Below, piece by piece: positions 1 to 8,557 of a stretch of DNA of 64,000 bases. Position 1 is the first letter of the stretch. The number at the start of each line of letters is the position of its first letter. Where the stretch lies: NCBI GenBank assembly GCA_011523285.1, contig WTHC01000025.1, positions 11,848 through 75,847 on the forward strand, given 5' to 3'. The translations under genes were made by a program, and so were the position numbers. The notes beneath the pieces were generated by a model that was not told where the DNA came from, made no database searches, and saw only the letters and a program-made list of their open reading frames with translations. The stretch comes from Nitrosopumilaceae archaeon. Its GTDB lineage: Archaea > Thermoproteota > Nitrososphaeria > Nitrososphaerales > Nitrosopumilaceae.

Positions 1-1556
1 TAGAGTCGTGGCACCCAGATATTGAGAAATTCGTAACAGCAAAAACGAAATCTGGAATATTAGAGAATTTTAACATTAGTGTTGGTATATGGGATGATTT
101 CTGGAAAGCTCTTGTTGATAAAGATGAACATAAATACATCTTAAGAAATACTCATAATAAAAAACCTGTACGTGAGATAGACGCTAATCATTTAATCGAT
201 CTGATTGCGCTTTCCGCTTGGAAAAGTGCGGAACCTGGACTGATATTTTTTGATATTATAAATAAATACAATGTTTTTGCTAAGGCGCGTGGAAAACCAT
301 TACGTGCTACAAACCCTTGTGGAGAACAAAGTCTTTATCCATACGAATCGTGCAACTTGGGCTCAATAAATTTATCGAATATTGTTAAAAGAAAAGCAGA
401 CGGAGAATATGAATTTGATTGGCAAAGATATGAAGAAATAATTAGAAAAACTACCGTATTTCTAGATAATATTATAGATGTAAATTATTATCCAATCAAA
501 GAAATAGATAAAGCATCTAAAGAATCACGACGAATAGGATTAGGTGTGATGGGAGTAGCTGATCTCTTATATAAATTACGTATACCATATAACTCTCACG
601 AAAGTTATGAATTTCAATCAAAATTGGCTGAGGCCCTAACCTATTACTCAATGGATGAAAGTATATCTCTAGCAATATCTAGAGGGCAATTCGACTTATA
701 TCAAAATACAGAATATCCTGATGGTAAAATACCTGTAGCTGCCTACTACGAAAAACCTAAATCCGAGCATTATTACGATTGGGATTCATTGATTTCTAAA
801 ATACAAAAACATGGCATAAGGAATGTATTGACAACTACAGTTGCACCAACAGGTACACTGTCTATGATAGCTGATTGTTCTAATGGTATTGAACCTACGT
901 TTGCACTAGTTTTTGAGAAAAGAGTTACTGTAGGAAGATTTTTTTATATTAATAAAATATTGGAACAAACTCTTAAAGAAAAAAAATTATATAACGAAGA
1001 ATTGCTGTCCAAAATTGCTGATAATTATGGTACATTAAATGGAATAGACGAGATACCAGAACAAATTAAAAAAATTTTTGTCACTGCAATGGATGTACAT
1101 TGGACAGATCATCTAATGGCACAATCTGTGTGGCAAGATTGGATTGGTAACGCAATAGCTAAAACAATTAACATGCCAAATGATGTATCTGTTGACGATG
1201 TAAAATCTTCTTATTTATTAGCACATGAAATTGGATTAAAAGGTATAACTGTGTATAGAGACGGCTCTCGCCATAAGCAAGTTTTACACATGAGTAAAAA
1301 TGCAGAGAAAAACTTCAAAACCACTCCAAGCAAATACACAATTAATTACATATTTAACAATATCAAAAACCACTATGTAAAAGATCAAATATGTAAAACG
1401 TTACATTTGCATGTTGATTTAGACACAAAACAGTCCTCCATCGATAGTGAAGATTCATCTCAATATACAAAATGTCCTTCCTGTAAAAACAATCTGGTTT
1501 TTATTGAAGGTTGTAGTATGTGTATAAATTGTGGTTATAGTGGATGTAGTTCTTAA
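1..1556 (+). CDS. nrdJ: Class II (adenosylcobalamin-dependent) ribonucleotide reductase, C-terminal ~517 aa; the 5' end lies outside the window
   Basis: Frame 3 is open from the window edge (codons from nt 3). It reads ...PLRATNPCGEQSLYPYESCNLGSINL (active-site Cys loop typical of class II RNR), then TVAPTGTLS, GLKGITVYRDGSR and a C-terminal CPSC...CINC Cys cluster. The ORF track only begins at an internal TTG (357). Confidence 0.9.
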   Translation, partial: ESWHPDIEKFVTAKTKSGILENFNISVGIWDDFWKALVDKDEHKYILRNTHNKKPVREIDANHLIDLIALSAWKSAEPGLIFFDIINKYNVFAKARGKPLRATNPCGEQSLYPYESCNLGSINLSNIVKRKADGEYEFDWQRYEEIIRKTTVFLDNIIDVNYYPIKEIDKASKESRRIGLGVMGVADLLYKLRIPYNSHESYEFQSKLAEALTYYSMDESISLAISRGQFDLYQNTEYPDGKIPVAAYYEKPKSEHYYDWDSLISKIQKHGIRNVLTTTVAPTGTLSMIADCSNGIEPTFALVFEKRVTVGRFFYINKILEQTLKEKKLYNEELLSKIADNYGTLNGIDEIPEQIKKIFVTAMDVHWTDHLMAQSVWQDWIGNAIAKTINMPNDVSVDDVKSSYLLAHEIGLKGITVYRDGSRHKQVLHMSKNAEKNFKTTPSKYTINYIFNNIKNHYVKDQICKTLHLHVDLDTKQSSIDSEDSSQYTKCPSCKNNLVFIEGCSMCINCGYSGCSS

Positions 1557-1670
1557 TTCATTTATAAGTATAATAAAAAATGATTTGATACTTATAATTG
1601 ATTTTGGTTAGATATGATCTATTTGCGCCTTGTAGCACACATAATTCACATTACAAACAAAAATCTACAG

Positions 1671-1678
1671 TTATAAAA
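1671..1678 (+). promoter_or_regulatory. TATA-like box upstream of tRNA-Gly
   Basis: TTATAAAA lies 22-29 nt upstream of the first tRNA nucleotide (1700), which is the usual archaeal TATA-to-start spacing. Confidence 0.4.
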
Positions 1679-1699
1679 AACAATATTATGTGTATAATA

Positions 1700-1772
1700 G
1701 CGGTTATAGTATAGTATGGTAGTATACTGGCCTTCCAAGCCAGTCGCCCGGGTTCAAATCCCGGTGGCCGCA
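1700..1772 (+). tRNA. tRNA-Gly (anticodon UCC), 73 nt, no intron, CCA not encoded
   Basis: Manual fold: acceptor GCGGTTA/TGGCCGC (two G:U pairs); D loop with GG; anticodon stem CTGGC/GCCAG with loop CTTCCAA (UCC); T arm CCGGG-TTCAAAT-CCCGG; discriminator A. It is a GC-rich island in AT-rich DNA. Confidence 0.9.
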
Positions 1773-1780
1773 TAATTATA

Positions 1781-2110
1781 TTGTGTACTACTGATTATAT
1801 AGTATTGAAAAAAAATATTCAAAAACTTGCTATGGAACGTATAGAATTATTAATCAAATATGCAATATTGAATGTTAAATCAGATACCAAACTAGCCAAA
1901 CAATACATTATTAGAGCTAGGAATATCTGTATGAAATACAGGATAAAAATACCATATGAAATCACAATATTCTTTTGCAAAAAATGTAAGTGTTTCATAG
2001 CTCCATGTATTGATTCTAAAATTAGAATTGGAGGTTCACAAATAAAATCAGTTAGAATAACTTGTAATTTATGTGGTCATATTTATCATAAAATAATAGT
2101 ACCTAAATGA
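1781..2110 (+). CDS. rnp4: RNase P protein component 4 (Rpp21/Rpr2 family)
   Basis: Small basic protein with an N-terminal helix (KLAMERIELLIKYA...AKQYIIRARNI) followed by a CKKCKC...(x)...CNLCGH zinc ribbon, the Rpp21 layout. Start is ambiguous (TTG 1781 or ATG 1832). It lies in the conserved archaeal neighbourhood with eS19. Confidence 0.8.
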   Translation: MCTTDYIVLKKNIQKLAMERIELLIKYAILNVKSDTKLAKQYIIRARNICMKYRIKIPYEITIFFCKKCKCFIAPCIDSKIRIGGSQIKSVRITCNLCGHIYHKIIVPK

Positions 2111-2140
2111 TTTATAAGCTGATTACATTTATTTTAAGTA

Positions 2141-2593
2141 ATGGTGAAAGTTTATGACGTTCCTGCTGATCTATTGATAGATAAATTATCTAGTATCTTA
2201 AAAGAAGAAGAAATATTATTACCTAAATGGGTGCCTTTTGTAAAAACTAGTTCTCATAAAAAAAGACCACCACATGAAAATAATTGGTGGTATACACGAT
2301 GCGCATCAATTTTACGTAAAATTTATCTATACGGTCCAATTAGTATCAACGATTTACGTAGTATATATGGTGGTAATAGAGCTATCAGGTACAGCACATC
2401 TAACCATAAAGATGCTAGCGGTTCAATTATTAGAATTATAGTATATAATCTTGAAAAACTAGAATATGTAAGAAAAACTAAACGTGGAAGAATGATTTCT
2501 AGCTCCGGCATGAAGAAACTGGATAGATTATCTGCAAATATTCTTAACCAACTTTGTGAAACAAACCCATCACTTAAAATATATACCAAGTAA
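2141..2593 (+). CDS. rps19e: 30S ribosomal protein eS19 (S19e)
   Basis: VKVYDVPADLLIDKLS...PKWVPFVKTSSHKKRPPHENNWWYTRCASILRKIYLYGPISINDLRSIYGG matches the S19e family pattern. Confidence 0.9.
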   Translation: MVKVYDVPADLLIDKLSSILKEEEILLPKWVPFVKTSSHKKRPPHENNWWYTRCASILRKIYLYGPISINDLRSIYGGNRAIRYSTSNHKDASGSIIRIIVYNLEKLEYVRKTKRGRMISSSGMKKLDRLSANILNQLCETNPSLKIYTK

Positions 2594-2596
2594 AAA

Positions 2597-2875
2597 ATGA
2601 ACTATACTAACAAAGACGAAATAGATTCAACAGATCGAGATTCAGAAAATTCACAAAAAGAACAATTACTTAAACAGATACTATCTTCTGAAGCGAGATT
2701 TAGACTAAATAATATTAAAATGGTGAAACCTGAACTAGCTAAGATGGTGGAGAATTATCTTATTAATGTAGTATCTCAAGGTAAAGTAAACTATCAAATA
2801 TCAGATGAACAACTTAAACAATTACTGCGATCTGTGCAACAACCAAAACGTGATTTTAAAATTAATAGAATTTAA
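2597..2875 (+). CDS. PDCD5/TFAR19-like dsDNA-binding protein
   Basis: 92 aa with LLKQILSSEARFRLNNIKMVKPELAKMVENYLI...ISDEQLKQLL. This pattern and its position directly after eS19 are typical of the archaeal PDCD5-like family. Confidence 0.75.
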   Translation: MNYTNKDEIDSTDRDSENSQKEQLLKQILSSEARFRLNNIKMVKPELAKMVENYLINVVSQGKVNYQISDEQLKQLLRSVQQPKRDFKINRI

Positions 2876-2914
2876 TTCATCAAAATATATTTAGGTAAAA
2901 AATATACCCTAGTT

Positions 2915-3988
2915 ATGAAAGCAGTAGTTTATGAAGAATACGCTAAAAACGATGATTTTAAAAGCATCTTGCAAATCCAAGATCTAGAAGAACCCAAACC
3001 AAAACCTACAGAAGTAGTATTTACGGTTGAAGCAGCTGCACTAAATTACAATGATATTTGGGGCATGCGTGGTTCACCTGTACCTGTACCATTGCCACAT
3101 ATTTCTGGATCTGATGCTGCTGGCAAAGTGATTGCTGTGGGTGATCAAGTGTCTAGAATCAAAGTTGGTGATAGAATAGTTTCTCATACTAATATGTCAT
3201 GTAGAGTATGTTCTGCTTGTACAGACGGACGTGAATATGATTGTACTAACCGTACAATTTGGGGTTTTCAAACGGGACCACTTTGGGGTGCTTATGCAGA
3301 AGTCGCTCATTTGCCAGAAGTTAATGTAGTGAAAATACCCGATACTATAAGCTATGATGACGCAGCAGCTGCATCAATGACAATACTAACAGCTTGGCAT
3401 ATGTTGGTTGGTAGAGCAAAAATAACACCAGGACAAACCGTTTTAATTATGGGGGGAGGTTCTGGAGTAGGAACCTTTGGAATTCAAATAGCTAAACTAT
3501 ATAACTGTACGGTTATAGCAACTGCAAGCCCAGATAAACTAGATAAATGTATACGACTAGGAGCTGATTATGCAGTAGATCATAGGCAAGAAAATTGGCA
3601 TAAAGAAGTTAGATCAATAACCAAAGAAATCGCTAAAAAAACACACACAACACCTGGAATAGATCTATCATTTGATCATATAGGACAAACTCATTGGAAT
3701 AAGCAACTGACATTATTGAAATATGGTGCCACATTAGTATCTTGTGGAGCGACAACTGGATATGATGCACAAACAGATCTAAGGCATATATTCTTCAAAG
3801 GCACCAACATATTGGGATCTACACAAGGCACTAAAGCTGAGCTTGAACAGGGATTATATTGGATGGGTCGTGGAAAAATTAAATCCGCCATAGATTCTGT
3901 ATTTTCATTCGAAAATGCTGCTGACGCCCACACCAAAATGCTCACAGGCAAAGGTATGTTTGGAAAAATACTATTAAAACCAAACTAA
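2915..3988 (+). CDS. Medium-chain (Zn-ADH/quinone or enoyl-thioester reductase type) NAD(P)-dependent oxidoreductase
   Basis: GroES-like N-domain (PHISGSDAAGKVIAVG), structural-Zn-like loop CRVCSACTDGREYDC and a Rossmann GGGSGVG motif. The substrate cannot be assigned from sequence alone. Confidence 0.7.
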   Translation: MKAVVYEEYAKNDDFKSILQIQDLEEPKPKPTEVVFTVEAAALNYNDIWGMRGSPVPVPLPHISGSDAAGKVIAVGDQVSRIKVGDRIVSHTNMSCRVCSACTDGREYDCTNRTIWGFQTGPLWGAYAEVAHLPEVNVVKIPDTISYDDAAAASMTILTAWHMLVGRAKITPGQTVLIMGGGSGVGTFGIQIAKLYNCTVIATASPDKLDKCIRLGADYAVDHRQENWHKEVRSITKEIAKKTHTTPGIDLSFDHIGQTHWNKQLTLLKYGATLVSCGATTGYDAQTDLRHIFFKGTNILGSTQGTKAELEQGLYWMGRGKIKSAIDSVFSFENAADAHTKMLTGKGMFGKILLKPN

Positions 3989-3998
3989 TTTTTTTTAT

Positions 3999-4847
3999 AT
4001 GACGGTTTTACGTAGTTTACTTTTTGTCCCTGGAAATAACAGTCGGTTTATTGGTAAAGCCAAATCACTGAAGTCAGATATACTCTGTTTCGATCTAGAA
4101 GACTCTGTGCCTCAAAACCAAAAACAAACAGCGAGAGAATTTATACATAATGAGCTACAGGAAACTAGCAAATATCAACAACAAATATACGTCAGAATAA
4201 ATTCTCCCAAATCTGATTACCTGAATGACGATCTGTTAGTAATAACTAAATGTAAAATAAATGGTATTGTCATACCTAAAGTAAGTACTGTTGAAGAATT
4301 AAAAATGATCGAAAACAAATTATCTAATTTGGAAATTCGAAATAAATTTAATCATATTAAAATTATCCCTTCCATAGAATCCGCACAAGGTGTTATAAAT
4401 TCATATGATATAGCATCATGTTCAAATCATGTATACGCATTAATATTTGGAATATTTGATTTACTCCATGATTTAGGAATTAGATATAATAAAACATTGG
4501 CTGCTACAAACTTTGCACGTGCTAAGATACCAATAGACGCCAAAGCTGCAGGTATATTTGCAATAGATTCTATATGGCAAAATCTTAAAGATACAAATGG
4601 TTTATTCAATGATTGTGTTGTTGGTAGAGATCTTGGTTATTCTGGAAAAAGTATAATTCATCCTGATCAACTAAAAATAACTCATGATGTATTCAAACCT
4701 AATGATGATGAAATCGAATGGGCACATATGGTATGTAATACATATTCTAAAGCAATCAAACATGGTATTGGTTCTACCAAATTAAAAGATAACATGATTG
4801 ATGAAGTCCATTATAAAATGGCTAAATCTCTATTAGAAAATAAGTAA
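3999..4847 (+). CDS. CitE/HpcH-family acyl-CoA lyase (citryl-/malyl-/citramalyl-CoA lyase beta-subunit like)
   Basis: LRSLLFVPGNNSRFIGKAKSLKSDILCFDLEDSV...KQTARE, IESAQGV and FGIFDLLHDLG match the CitE-like motif series. It starts 10 nt after the preceding reductase gene. Confidence 0.75.
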   Translation: MTVLRSLLFVPGNNSRFIGKAKSLKSDILCFDLEDSVPQNQKQTAREFIHNELQETSKYQQQIYVRINSPKSDYLNDDLLVITKCKINGIVIPKVSTVEELKMIENKLSNLEIRNKFNHIKIIPSIESAQGVINSYDIASCSNHVYALIFGIFDLLHDLGIRYNKTLAATNFARAKIPIDAKAAGIFAIDSIWQNLKDTNGLFNDCVVGRDLGYSGKSIIHPDQLKITHDVFKPNDDEIEWAHMVCNTYSKAIKHGIGSTKLKDNMIDEVHYKMAKSLLENK

Positions 4848-4882
4848 ATTATAAATACATTTTATAATTGAAATAGAATAAA

Positions 4883-5491
4883 TTGTTTACTGGTATAATT
4901 GAAGGTACTGCTACTGTATCATCAATACAACAATATGATTCTAATGCAACAAAATTAAAAATGGATATGATAAATTACTCATCGAATATGAATATCGGTC
5001 AAAGTGTTTCACTCAATGGCGCTTGTTTATCGATCACAAATATTATTAAAAATAGATATCATGAATTCGAATTAACCAAAGAAACAATTTCTAGAACCAC
5101 ATTTGCAAATATCAAAACTGGTGATAAAATAAATGTTGAACGTAGTCTTAAAATTGGTGATAGATTAGATGGTCATTTTGTATTGGGACATGTAGACTGC
5201 GTTTCAAAAGTATTAAAACTACAAAAAATGCAATCTGAAACCAAAATTTGGTTTGATATCCCGCAACAACTTCGTAAATATATAGTTAGTAAAGGTTCTA
5301 TAGCGATAGATGGAGTTAGTTTAACTATTGTAGATGATCTTGTAAATGAGTTTAGTGTTTGTATAATACCACAAACATTACTCAATACAAATTTTAATAC
5401 CAAAACCATAGGTGATGAAGTTAATGTAGAGATCGATATACTTGCAAAACATATTCATAAAAATAATAACTTGTTTACTGGTAATTACTAA
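4883..5491 (+). CDS. ribE: Riboflavin synthase alpha chain, bacterial/eukaryotic two-barrel type
   Basis: Starts (TTG) MFTGIIEGTATV. The second half repeats the barrel motif (GHFVLGHVD...GSIAIDGVSLTIV). About 200 aa. Confidence 0.85.
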   Translation: MFTGIIEGTATVSSIQQYDSNATKLKMDMINYSSNMNIGQSVSLNGACLSITNIIKNRYHEFELTKETISRTTFANIKTGDKINVERSLKIGDRLDGHFVLGHVDCVSKVLKLQKMQSETKIWFDIPQQLRKYIVSKGSIAIDGVSLTIVDDLVNEFSVCIIPQTLLNTNFNTKTIGDEVNVEIDILAKHIHKNNNLFTGNY

Positions 5492-5534
5492 TTTTCTTGT
5501 AAGGTTAATATTGCGTTGTTGTTAAACAAATATT

Positions 5535-6203
5535 GTGACTTTAAATAATACAATAGAGCATTTCCAACGCGGAGAATTTGTTTTAATACATGATGATAAT
5601 GATAGAGAAAATGAAATCGACATGGTGACTGCAGCAGAATTCATTACACCTGAACATATTGTGAGATTACGACAACATGCTGGAGGTTTAATATGTCTTG
5701 CAATAGATTATGCTTTTAGTAAAAAACTAGGAATAGATTACATGCATAATATACTCAATGATTGTCATAATCTTAACATCAAAAAAATGATTTCTGGACT
5801 TGAACCGTATGGTGACAAATCTTCATTCTCTATTTCAATTAATCATAGACAAACATATACTGGAGTAACAGATGTTGATAGAGCTACTACAATCAAAGAA
5901 ATGTCTAATCTATACAAATCAGATTATCCAAAGAAAAATTTTATAAATTCATTTAAGACGCCTGGACATATACCTCTATTACTGGCTTCTGAAGGCCTAC
6001 TTGAAAATAGAAAAGGTCATACCGAGATGTCCATTCTGCTAGCTAAATTGGCTAATGTAGTACCAATTACTGTTATTTGTGAGATGTTGGATTCTAAAAC
6101 ATATTCAGCTTTGTCTACAGCTAATGCAGAAAAATATTCAAAACAAAATTCAATACCATTAATTCATAGCAATGAATTATTGGAATATTCTAACGTGTAT
6201 TGA
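5535..6203 (+). CDS. ribB: 3,4-dihydroxy-2-butanone 4-phosphate synthase
   Basis: FQRGEFVLIHDDNDRENEIDMVTAAEFITPEHIVRLRQHAGGLICLAI and GHTEMS motifs. Confidence 0.9.
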   Translation: MTLNNTIEHFQRGEFVLIHDDNDRENEIDMVTAAEFITPEHIVRLRQHAGGLICLAIDYAFSKKLGIDYMHNILNDCHNLNIKKMISGLEPYGDKSSFSISINHRQTYTGVTDVDRATTIKEMSNLYKSDYPKKNFINSFKTPGHIPLLLASEGLLENRKGHTEMSILLAKLANVVPITVICEMLDSKTYSALSTANAEKYSKQNSIPLIHSNELLEYSNVY

Positions 6204-6206
6204 ATA

Positions 6207-6620
6207 ATGAACATCGCAATAGTGGTATCTGATTTTAATTATAACATAACTTCTAAAATGCTTCAAATCGCATTAGAAAAAACTAAACGGATGAAAATTA
6301 CGGTAACACATACTTGTAAAGTACATGGTGTATTTGATATGCCGATCATAGTAGAAGCATTATTAAATAAAAATGATGTTGACGCTGTAGTAACTTTAGG
6401 AGCAATCATAAAAGGCCAAACAAAACACGATGAAGTTATAGCTTATACTGTATTACATTCACTGTCTCAATTATCACTAAAATATAAAAAACCAGTGTCT
6501 CTTGGTATCAGCGGACCAGGTATGCATGAAAGAATAGCTTATTCTAGAATACGCAGAATGCCTGAAAATGCTATCGATGCAGCTTCTAAATCATTACTTG
6601 AATTAGCAAAATTAAAATAA
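6207..6620 (+). CDS. ribH: 6,7-dimethyl-8-ribityllumazine synthase
   Basis: 137 aa with IAIVVSDFNYNIT...VHGVFDMP...VVTLGAIIKGQTKHDEVI, the lumazine synthase pattern, in a rib operon context. Confidence 0.85.
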   Translation: MNIAIVVSDFNYNITSKMLQIALEKTKRMKITVTHTCKVHGVFDMPIIVEALLNKNDVDAVVTLGAIIKGQTKHDEVIAYTVLHSLSQLSLKYKKPVSLGISGPGMHERIAYSRIRRMPENAIDAASKSLLELAKLK

Positions 6621-7370
6621 TTGATTCAAATCACAGTTATAAAATTATCAGATTATGGGAAATGGACATTGACATTAGGTCAAGATAGAGAACATGAATT
6701 ACAAATGTTTCAAGCTTCTTTATATAAAGAAACACAAAAACTGTTTTCTGAAAGAAATTCACTTGTTTTTTCAAACAGATTTGATGAATTATTCGCAGTA
6801 ACAAACAAATTAAATTTGAATGAACATCTGTACATACAAAAAAAATTGAGAACTATATTTAATAACCCACTGTCAATGTTCATAGGTTATGGTGAAACTC
6901 CATTTGATGCAAATGCACATGCGTTTGAAGGAGAGAAATCACGCACAATACTGAATCAGGACTACATGATATATGGATTCATAAATGATACTAATAATAA
7001 TGATAATGTTGTTATTATTCATTTTGATGTTGAAGACTTTACTTCGTTAAAAAAGAAACAGACCCCATACGAAACGTCATCAATAATATTTGATTTATAT
7101 CATACTATGTCGAGATTTTTTCTGCAACAAAAATCATTATCATTTTTTCTTGGAGGAGATAATTTTATGGTATTATCACATAATAATTATAAAAAACAAA
7201 CATCTGAATTTATAAATATTATACATAAAAAATATGGGTTGATTTTAAATTGTGGCGTTGGTAAAGGATCCACAGCTCGAGAAGCGGCTAAATACGCAAC
7301 AAAATCATTAGATACAATTCGTGCCATTAGAAATTCTGGCGAAAAAAAACCATCAATTTATGAGCTTTGA
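6621..7370 (+). CDS. arfA: GTP cyclohydrolase III (archaeal, FAPy-forming)
   Basis: N-terminus MIQITVIKLSDYGKWTLTLGQDREHELQMFQASLY closely resembles the MJ0145-type GCH III N-terminus (MIQITV..Y.PWT....RE..LQ..Q..LY). Also GGDNFMV. It lies in the rib operon. Confidence 0.85.
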   Translation: MIQITVIKLSDYGKWTLTLGQDREHELQMFQASLYKETQKLFSERNSLVFSNRFDELFAVTNKLNLNEHLYIQKKLRTIFNNPLSMFIGYGETPFDANAHAFEGEKSRTILNQDYMIYGFINDTNNNDNVVIIHFDVEDFTSLKKKQTPYETSSIIFDLYHTMSRFFLQQKSLSFFLGGDNFMVLSHNNYKKQTSEFINIIHKKYGLILNCGVGKGSTAREAAKYATKSLDTIRAIRNSGEKKPSIYEL

Positions 7371-8557
7371 TTCTTAAAAATATTGGAATATTTCACGGTA
7401 ATGATTTAGACTACATCAATTCTACTAATTTAAAAATTTCAGGTCAACATTTTGATGAAATAAATAATAATGACATATTATCAAATAATAATGAATCTAC
7501 TATTGATTGTGAAGGGCTAGTACTGGTACCAGGATTTATTAATGCTCATACTCATATTGGTGATTCTATAGCTAAAGACATAAATCTATCTTTGACTGTC
7601 AATGAAAAAGTCAATCCGATTTATGGAATGAAAAAATATATCTTGAATAACTCATCGCCATCACATTTAGCAAGTTATATGCGTAGCTCATGTAACTCAA
7701 TGCTTAAAAAAGGTATAACCACATTTGTAGATTTTAGAGAAGGTGGCATAGATGGAATAATTTTACTAAACAAAGTATTAAAATCTGTACCAATCAATTG
7801 TATTGTTCTTGGCCGTATAGAATATTATCAAACTGGTGCACAAATTAAAAACAACGAATTTCTTTCTCATGAACAAAATCATGATTTATCTATAATCTCT
7901 AAACATGCTGACGGTTTAGGCATAAGTGGAGCAAATGAATATAGCGATTCTATTCTTCATTGCTTTTCTCAAATACCTAAAATTAGAGCTATACACTCTG
8001 CAGAAACTATGGCTAGTGTAGAAAAATCTAAACAAGTTACGAATAAATCCGAAATAGAACGTGCTTTGCAATTAAAACCACATTTCATCATACATATGAC
8101 TTATGCATCTGAACATGATTTACTTGTAACACGTAAATATGTAGATACAATAGTTATATGTCCTCGTTCCAACGCTACTATGGCAGAAAAAATTCCGAAT
8201 GTATATCAGATGATGAAATTGAGATATAATATTGCAATTGGCACTGATAATGTTATGCTAAATACACCAGACATGTTTAGGGAAATGGATTATCTATGGA
8301 AATCTACCATGGCTATAAACAGAACCAAAATATCTCCCAAACATATTTTAAAAATGGCTACTGTAAACCCTGGAAAAATACTACATAATAAAGGTACAAT
8401 AAAGACTGGGGCAATTGCTGACTGTATATTTATTAAAAAACATGACATAGATTTAGATCCTATTCATGACCCTCACGCTGCAATGGTCCATAGAGCATCA
8501 GAATCTTCTATTCAAGCTGTTATGATAGATGGTAAAATAGTACATGGTAAAATCTAA
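7367..8557 (+). CDS. Amidohydrolase-superfamily deaminase-like protein (COG0402/SsnA/TRZ-ATZ type)
   Basis: PGFINAHTHIGDS (HxH, H61/H63), IHSAET (H210..E213, the deaminase HxxE signature), IIHMT (H243) and IGTDN (D294). It overlaps arfA by 4 nt and the downstream reductase by 14 nt. Confidence 0.7.
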   Translation: MILKNIGIFHGNDLDYINSTNLKISGQHFDEINNNDILSNNNESTIDCEGLVLVPGFINAHTHIGDSIAKDINLSLTVNEKVNPIYGMKKYILNNSSPSHLASYMRSSCNSMLKKGITTFVDFREGGIDGIILLNKVLKSVPINCIVLGRIEYYQTGAQIKNNEFLSHEQNHDLSIISKHADGLGISGANEYSDSILHCFSQIPKIRAIHSAETMASVEKSKQVTNKSEIERALQLKPHFIIHMTYASEHDLLVTRKYVDTIVICPRSNATMAEKIPNVYQMMKLRYNIAIGTDNVMLNTPDMFREMDYLWKSTMAINRTKISPKHILKMATVNPGKILHNKGTIKTGAIADCIFIKKHDIDLDPIHDPHAAMVHRASESSIQAVMIDGKIVHGKI

